From NCBI GenBank assembly GCA_050331735.1, contig JBHJGN010000023.1, forward strand, positions 96,001-160,000: a stretch of 64,000 bases of DNA, given 5' to 3'. The DNA comes from Cyanophyceae cyanobacterium (lineage in GTDB: Bacteria > Cyanobacteriota > Cyanobacteriia > Cyanobacteriales > JBHJGN01). Below the pieces are notes generated by a model that saw only the letters and a program-made list of their open reading frames with translations, did not search any database and was not told where the DNA came from. This document shows, piece by piece, positions 59,410 to 64,000 of this stretch; position 1 is the stretch's first letter, and every line of letters begins with the position of its first letter. A program made the position numbers and the translations under genes.

Positions 59410-59563
59410 TCGCTTCGCGACTGGGGAAAGGGGAAATAGTTCCTGTCGGAACGGGGAAAGAACACAAAACGGAAAAACAAGCTTGACAACTCCTCCCTTT
59501 TCCCTTACCCTTTCCCCGTTGCAGAGCAACTTCCCCCTTTCCCCTTTCCCGCGCCTGCGGCGC
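59410..59563. repeat. Dispersed mini-hairpin/GGGGAAA repeat element, copy 5
   Basis: TCGC-TTC-GCGA, GTTCC-TGTC-GGAAC, GTTGC-AGA-GCAAC, GCGCC-TGC-GGCGC; purine arm then pyrimidine arm. Confidence 0.88.
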
Positions 59564-59570
59564 TTAATTG

Positions 59571-60494
59571 ATGGCTAACTACATCTTCAAGAGAATTTTA
59601 TCGGGGTTACTCACCATTTGGATTACGACTATTGCGGTGACGTTGTTGATCCATCTGGTTCCGGGAGATCCGGTGCAGATTATGTACGCCCAATCTCAGT
59701 CAACGACCCCAGAACAGCTAGAGGAAATTCGCCGCAATTTGGGGTTAGACCGACCCATTTACGAACAGTATTTTATCTGCATGAGTCGGGTGCTGCGCGG
59801 GGACTTTGGCACGACCATTCGCGGCAATCAACCGGTATTAGAGTTACTGTTGATTCGTCTCCCCAATACCTTAACTCTGGCGTTTACGAGCCTCGTCATT
59901 ACGATGGTTGTAGGAGTCTCGCTGGGCTTTTTTGCGGCTTACAAACGCGATACCTGGATAGACACCACTTTAATGACAACTTCAATCATCGGCATTTCGA
60001 TTCCGAACTTTTGGTTGGGGTTGATGTTGATTTATCTCTTTTCGATTCGGCTGGGGTGGTTTCCCGTATCAGGAACCGACTATCAAAACCTAATTCTGCC
60101 TGCCTTCACCCTCGGTATTGCCAACGCCGCCGCCGTATCGAGATTAACGCGATCGTCAATGATTGATGTCTTTTCTCAAGACTATATGCGCACAGCACGG
60201 GCCAAAGGATTGCCGGAGAGGATCGTCCTCTCTCGTCATGCGCTCAGAAACGGTTTGGTGAATGTTGTCAACATGCTCGGACTCCAGTTTGCCTACATGA
60301 TGGGCGGGGCGATTGTCATTGAAAACGTCTTTGCCTGGAACGGATTGGGAAGACTGGCGATTCAGTCGATCTTTCAGCGCGACTATCCGGTAATTCAAGG
60401 GTTTATTCTCATCTTTGCCACCGTGGTTGTCATCGTTTCGATTGTATTGGATCTTCTCTACGCCTTGATCGATCCGCGCATTACTTACAAATGA
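59571..60494 (+). CDS. ABC transporter permease (DppB/OppB-like)
   Basis: PGDP, GLDRP, DY.RTARAKGL, IENVF.W.GLG, RDYPVIQG, DPRI. Confidence 0.93.
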   Translation: MANYIFKRILSGLLTIWITTIAVTLLIHLVPGDPVQIMYAQSQSTTPEQLEEIRRNLGLDRPIYEQYFICMSRVLRGDFGTTIRGNQPVLELLLIRLPNTLTLAFTSLVITMVVGVSLGFFAAYKRDTWIDTTLMTTSIIGISIPNFWLGLMLIYLFSIRLGWFPVSGTDYQNLILPAFTLGIANAAAVSRLTRSSMIDVFSQDYMRTARAKGLPERIVLSRHALRNGLVNVVNMLGLQFAYMMGGAIVIENVFAWNGLGRLAIQSIFQRDYPVIQGFILIFATVVVIVSIVLDLLYALIDPRITYK

Positions 60495-60661
60495 AGTGTC
60501 GTACAGCGTTTGATTAAAGCGGGCACGGTCTAGTTTTTTGTTGATTGTTGATTGTTGATATTCTGACTTCTACGCAATTCCTCTCAGTGAGTAGGGAAAG
60601 AAACAATTGCACTGACGACTGCCGACTCACCTATTTTCTCTGTAAGTTCATCTGGCTACTT

Positions 60662-61552
60662 ATGACTCAAGAACTAGCTGACCGTCATCCTACGTCAATT
60701 CGCCGCAGTTTTCTCGGGGATGCTTGGGAGTTTCTCACACTTCTCTTTCGTTCCCCCAGCGCTAAAATTGGGAGCGGTATTTTCTTCGTGTTAGTGGTTA
60801 CAGCACTGTTTGCTCCGCTCATTGCTCCCTACGATCCCTTTGAATTGGGGGTTGGACAGGGACTCATGCCACCAAACCCGCAACACTGGTTTGGCACTGA
60901 TGAGTTTGGACGAGATTTGTTTAGCCGCATTGTCTACGGTACGCGGCTGACGCTGCAAATCGGCGCGATTGCGGTAGGCATTTCGATGACGGCAGGGGTA
61001 TTAATCGGTTTAGTCGCTGGCTATGCGGGAGGTTGGCTCGAAAACATTTTGATGCGGGCAGTGGATGTCCTGTTTTCGTTTACGGAAATCCTGATTGCCC
61101 TGGCAGCCGTTGCCGTGTTGGGCCCAAGTTTGACTAACGCTATGATTGCTGTGGGCATTAGTTCGATTCCCTTCTATGCCAGAGTGACCTATGGGGCCGT
61201 TCTGGTAGAGAAAAACAAGGAATACTTCAAGGCGGCAAAGGCGTTAGGGGCCAAGCACAGCCGCCTAATTCTCCGTCACCTGCTGCCTAACGTTCTGTCT
61301 CCGATTATTGTGGTAGCCACCGTTGGCGTTTCGACGGCAATTTTGGCGGCTTCTGCCCTGTCTTTCCTCGGTCTAGGCGCACAGCCGCCGTCGCCCGAAT
61401 GGGGAGCAATTTTAGCGGCTGGACGCGACTATTTCCGCACGGCCCCCTGGATGACGGCGTTTCCAGGAGTGGCGATCGCACTGACCGTCCTCAGCTTTAA
61501 TCTGGTCGGGGATAGTTTACGCGAAGCCCTCGATCCGCAACAGCGGCGCTAG
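60662..61552 (+). CDS. ABC transporter permease (DppC/OppC-like)
   Basis: Start likely at MTQELAD; HWFGTD.FGRD..SR, AKALGA, RHLLPN, SFLGLG..PP.PEWG. Confidence 0.92.
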   Translation: MTQELADRHPTSIRRSFLGDAWEFLTLLFRSPSAKIGSGIFFVLVVTALFAPLIAPYDPFELGVGQGLMPPNPQHWFGTDEFGRDLFSRIVYGTRLTLQIGAIAVGISMTAGVLIGLVAGYAGGWLENILMRAVDVLFSFTEILIALAAVAVLGPSLTNAMIAVGISSIPFYARVTYGAVLVEKNKEYFKAAKALGAKHSRLILRHLLPNVLSPIIVVATVGVSTAILAASALSFLGLGAQPPSPEWGAILAAGRDYFRTAPWMTAFPGVAIALTVLSFNLVGDSLREALDPQQRR

Positions 61553-61707
61553 AAATAGAGTGTTGTGCTGGTCCTGTTAAACTGACAGAAGGATGGCTCT
61601 ACTAAACGGCTTTAGCAATTAAGCCTGTTAGGGCTGTTTGAAGTAGAAACCATTTTCCTAAAAAAAGTACTTAGCTTATTAAAACTCAACCTTTTGGATG
61701 TGCCCCC

Positions 61708-62142
61708 ATGAAAGAGCTAAACCGAGAAACAGCCATTGAAGTTCTCAATAAAATTATGGAATTTGAGCTAGCGGGAGTTGTGCGCTATACTCACTATTCA
61801 CTCATGGTTACAGGACCGAATCGAATCCCCATCGTGCAGTTTTTTCAGGAGCAGGCAACCGAGTCTCTCACTCATGCACAGCAGGTTGGAGAAGTGCTGA
61901 CGGGTTTAGAAGGTCATCCAAGTTTACGCATTGCTCCCATTACTGAAAGCAACGAGCACGATCTGCAAACCATCCTATCTGAAAGTCTTAACCACGAAAA
62001 GACATCTTTAGAGCTATACAAAGAACTCCTTGATGTTGTTGAGGATGCTAGCGTTTATTTGGAAGAATTTACGCGAGGGATGATTGGGCAGGAAGAACTA
62101 CACAACATTGAAATTAGAAAAATGCTGCGGGATTTTCTCTAG
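61708..62142 (+). CDS. Ferritin-like/bacterioferritin-family protein
   Basis: Diiron-type ligands E(LAGV..Y), ES..H, E, EE.H. Confidence 0.85.
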   Translation: MKELNRETAIEVLNKIMEFELAGVVRYTHYSLMVTGPNRIPIVQFFQEQATESLTHAQQVGEVLTGLEGHPSLRIAPITESNEHDLQTILSESLNHEKTSLELYKELLDVVEDASVYLEEFTRGMIGQEELHNIEIRKMLRDFL

Positions 62143-62264
62143 CGAGAAACAATTGTGACAACCGATAAGAACGTTTAGGTACTGCGTTTTGACCTAGCCA
62201 ATTGCTCCTCAGACAGACAAAACTCTGTCCAAAGCATATTTCATAGCATGGGAGTTTGAGTTGC

Positions 62265-64000
62265 CTAGGCCCATCCCAACTCGGAGGCGCGATCGCGGGC
62301 GAGTTTTGGCACATCGGTAGCCACAAAATGTTCGTGCATCATCTGCACACTGAGCAGATGATTGATCACCGCATCTAGCTGCACCCGTTGGGACACTGGT
62401 GTATTTTCATCTCCATGACGCTGAAGCACCTGCTGCACTCTTTGATAATCCAGCAAGCTACTCTCGGTGATCGCCTGCTTAGATAAATAAGTATCGGCTA
62501 ACCCCTGCATGGCTTTTTGCTTCTCTAAATCGGTATGAGATGGGGGAGCCATGAATGCAAATTTCTGCCGTTCGTACAGGGCTTTGGGCAGCAGCGGACG
62601 CATCATTTCCCGCAGGATATATTTATCCTGACGACCCCGCAGGCGCATATTAACAGGTAAGGTGACGGCAAATTCTACTAGGGGATGGTCGAGAAAGGCC
62701 GGACGCGCTTCTAACGAGTTGGCCATATCTACGCGATCGCCGGCCCACCCGAGAACCTGCGACTCAAACTGAGTTTTGATCCAGACATACTGCGCTTTAT
62801 CAAGGGGATGGCGACCGTCGAGTTGCTCTCGATCTAGGGTTTGAGCGATCGCCGCACCGGGAGAATACTCCCGCGTGGCGGCACGACGGTCTGGATGTAG
62901 CAAGTTGGGAACTAATGAGGCAGCCGATAGCCAAGATTGCAAACAGCTAGGGGTGAAACCTATTAACTCAGTCAGGGCCGGATCGTCAATGGTATTTTCT
63001 GCTAACAAATTGCCCTTAAACAAGCGATTGCTCTCTTGTAGCCAGGCTTGCAAATCGGCTTTTTCCTGGGGTGGGGCATTGTCCATGCCGTGGAGAATAT
63101 AGTCGAGGCGCAGTTGTGGGTAACCCGCAAACAGTTCGTCCGATCCCTCTCCAGTGACGACGACCTTATAGCCAGAGTGATGCACGTATTCACTCATCAA
63201 CAGCTTGGCAACGGTAAAGGTATTGTAGATGCTGCGCTCAGTGTGCCAAATCGTCCGCTGAAAGTGTTCGTAAAGCTGCCTGCCGTCGATAGTGAGGATT
63301 GCTTGGTCGGCGTTAACTGCCTGCGCCATTTCCCGTGCGATCGCCGTCTCATCATAATCTTGGTCATCAAAGCCGATGGTAAACGCTTTTACGGGTGACT
63401 GCTGACAGGCGGCGGCAATGCCCATGATTGAGCACGAGTCAATCCCTCCAGAGAGATAGCAGGCCACGGGAACATCAGCTTCTAATCGTAACTGAATCGC
63501 TTCGACGAAGTGATGACGTAACTGCTCAATATAGGCTTCATCTGGTAGTATGGTTCCCCGTTCCGAAAGCGGGGGAAAGTTCAAATCCCAATACTTTTGC
63601 TTGCGAACCTGCAACCGTCCATCACGACGCTCAAACATCACCATCTGACCCGGTTCGACCGCATAGATCCCTTCAAAAGCCGTTGTCCCCGGGACCATTA
63701 ACTGCATTAATTGGTGGTACAGCCCTTGAGAAGAAAAGCGTCGCTGAACGGCAGGATGAGCGAACAGCACTTTAATTTCTGAGCCAAACACCAATCCTTC
63801 TGGAGTGAGCGTCCAGTAGAGGGGTTTAACGCCAAAGCGATCGCGCACCAGCGTCAGCTTATCTGCCGACCGTTCGTACACAGCAAAGGCAAATTCTCCC
63901 CGCAGATGGGGTAAAGTGGCTTCTAGCCCCAATCTATCGGTCAGATGCAGGACGAGTTCCGAATCGCACTTACTGAAAAAGCGATAGCCCCGCGATGTTA
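62265..64000 (-). CDS. asnB: Asparagine synthase (glutamine-hydrolysing)-like amidotransferase (5'-truncated by the window edge)
   Basis: Frame is open to the window edge (RGYRFFSKCDSEL); RDRFGVKPLY, YLSGGIDS, TGEGSDELFAGY, E.R.AFLDH. Confidence 0.88.
   Translation of the reverse strand, partial: TSRGYRFFSKCDSELVLHLTDRLGLEATLPHLRGEFAFAVYERSADKLTLVRDRFGVKPLYWTLTPEGLVFGSEIKVLFAHPAVQRRFSSQGLYHQLMQLMVPGTTAFEGIYAVEPGQMVMFERRDGRLQVRKQKYWDLNFPPLSERGTILPDEAYIEQLRHHFVEAIQLRLEADVPVACYLSGGIDSCSIMGIAAACQQSPVKAFTIGFDDQDYDETAIAREMAQAVNADQAILTIDGRQLYEHFQRTIWHTERSIYNTFTVAKLLMSEYVHHSGYKVVVTGEGSDELFAGYPQLRLDYILHGMDNAPPQEKADLQAWLQESNRLFKGNLLAENTIDDPALTELIGFTPSCLQSWLSAASLVPNLLHPDRRAATREYSPGAAIAQTLDREQLDGRHPLDKAQYVWIKTQFESQVLGWAGDRVDMANSLEARPAFLDHPLVEFAVTLPVNMRLRGRQDKYILREMMRPLLPKALYERQKFAFMAPPSHTDLEKQKAMQGLADTYLSKQAITESSLLDYQRVQQVLQRHGDENTPVSQRVQLDAVINHLLSVQMMHEHFVATDVPKLARDRASELGWA

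Larger units (their letters stand above)
1083..63845. repeat. HIP1 octamer GCGATCGC, dispersed throughout
   Basis: Examples at 1083, 1862, 28355, 28382, 37331, 52850 and 52875; a hallmark of cyanobacteria. Confidence 0.95.

Overview
This is a cyanobacterial chromosomal window: the HIP1 octamer GCGATCGC is frequent and short heptamer tandem repeats (STRR) are common. It has four blocks. (1) 1-16416: a surface-polysaccharide locus with wzm/wzt, 7 glycosyltransferases, 2 sulfotransferases, 4 methyltransferases and a partial polytopic membrane gene. (2) 16418-18528: Uma2, a small hypothetical gene and hspA, with a candidate heat-shock small RNA. (3) 18585-50843: a ~32-kb scytonemin-type island built as two divergent arms. 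The left arm (-) holds two unusual Gly/Asp/Glu-rich repeat proteins, scyA-scyB-scyC, a degenerate NHL/PEP-CTERM ScyF-like gene, eboABCDEF and trpF. The right arm (+) holds trpE(G)-trpC-trpA-trpB-trpD-DAHP synthase-tyrA, followed by an AraC-type response regulator and a PAS histidine kinase. No scyD, scyE or tyrosinase gene is present in the window. (4) 50916-64000: mostly housekeeping genes (mnmG, old yellow enzyme, tRNA-Thr(UGU), NarL-type regulator, HtrA, orphan C5 methyltransferase, peptide ABC transporter, ferritin-like protein, partial asnB). The strongest leads are the two motif-sharing low-complexity proteins heading the scy arm, a shared promoter element AAAGATTGTTCA-TTG-N3-N17/18-TAANNT, a dispersed repeat family of covarying mini-hairpins set in GGGGAAA runs, and a duplicated K-box-like promoter that appears to drive a ~90-nt sRNA before hspA. 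All family calls come from motif recognition by eye; no searches were run.
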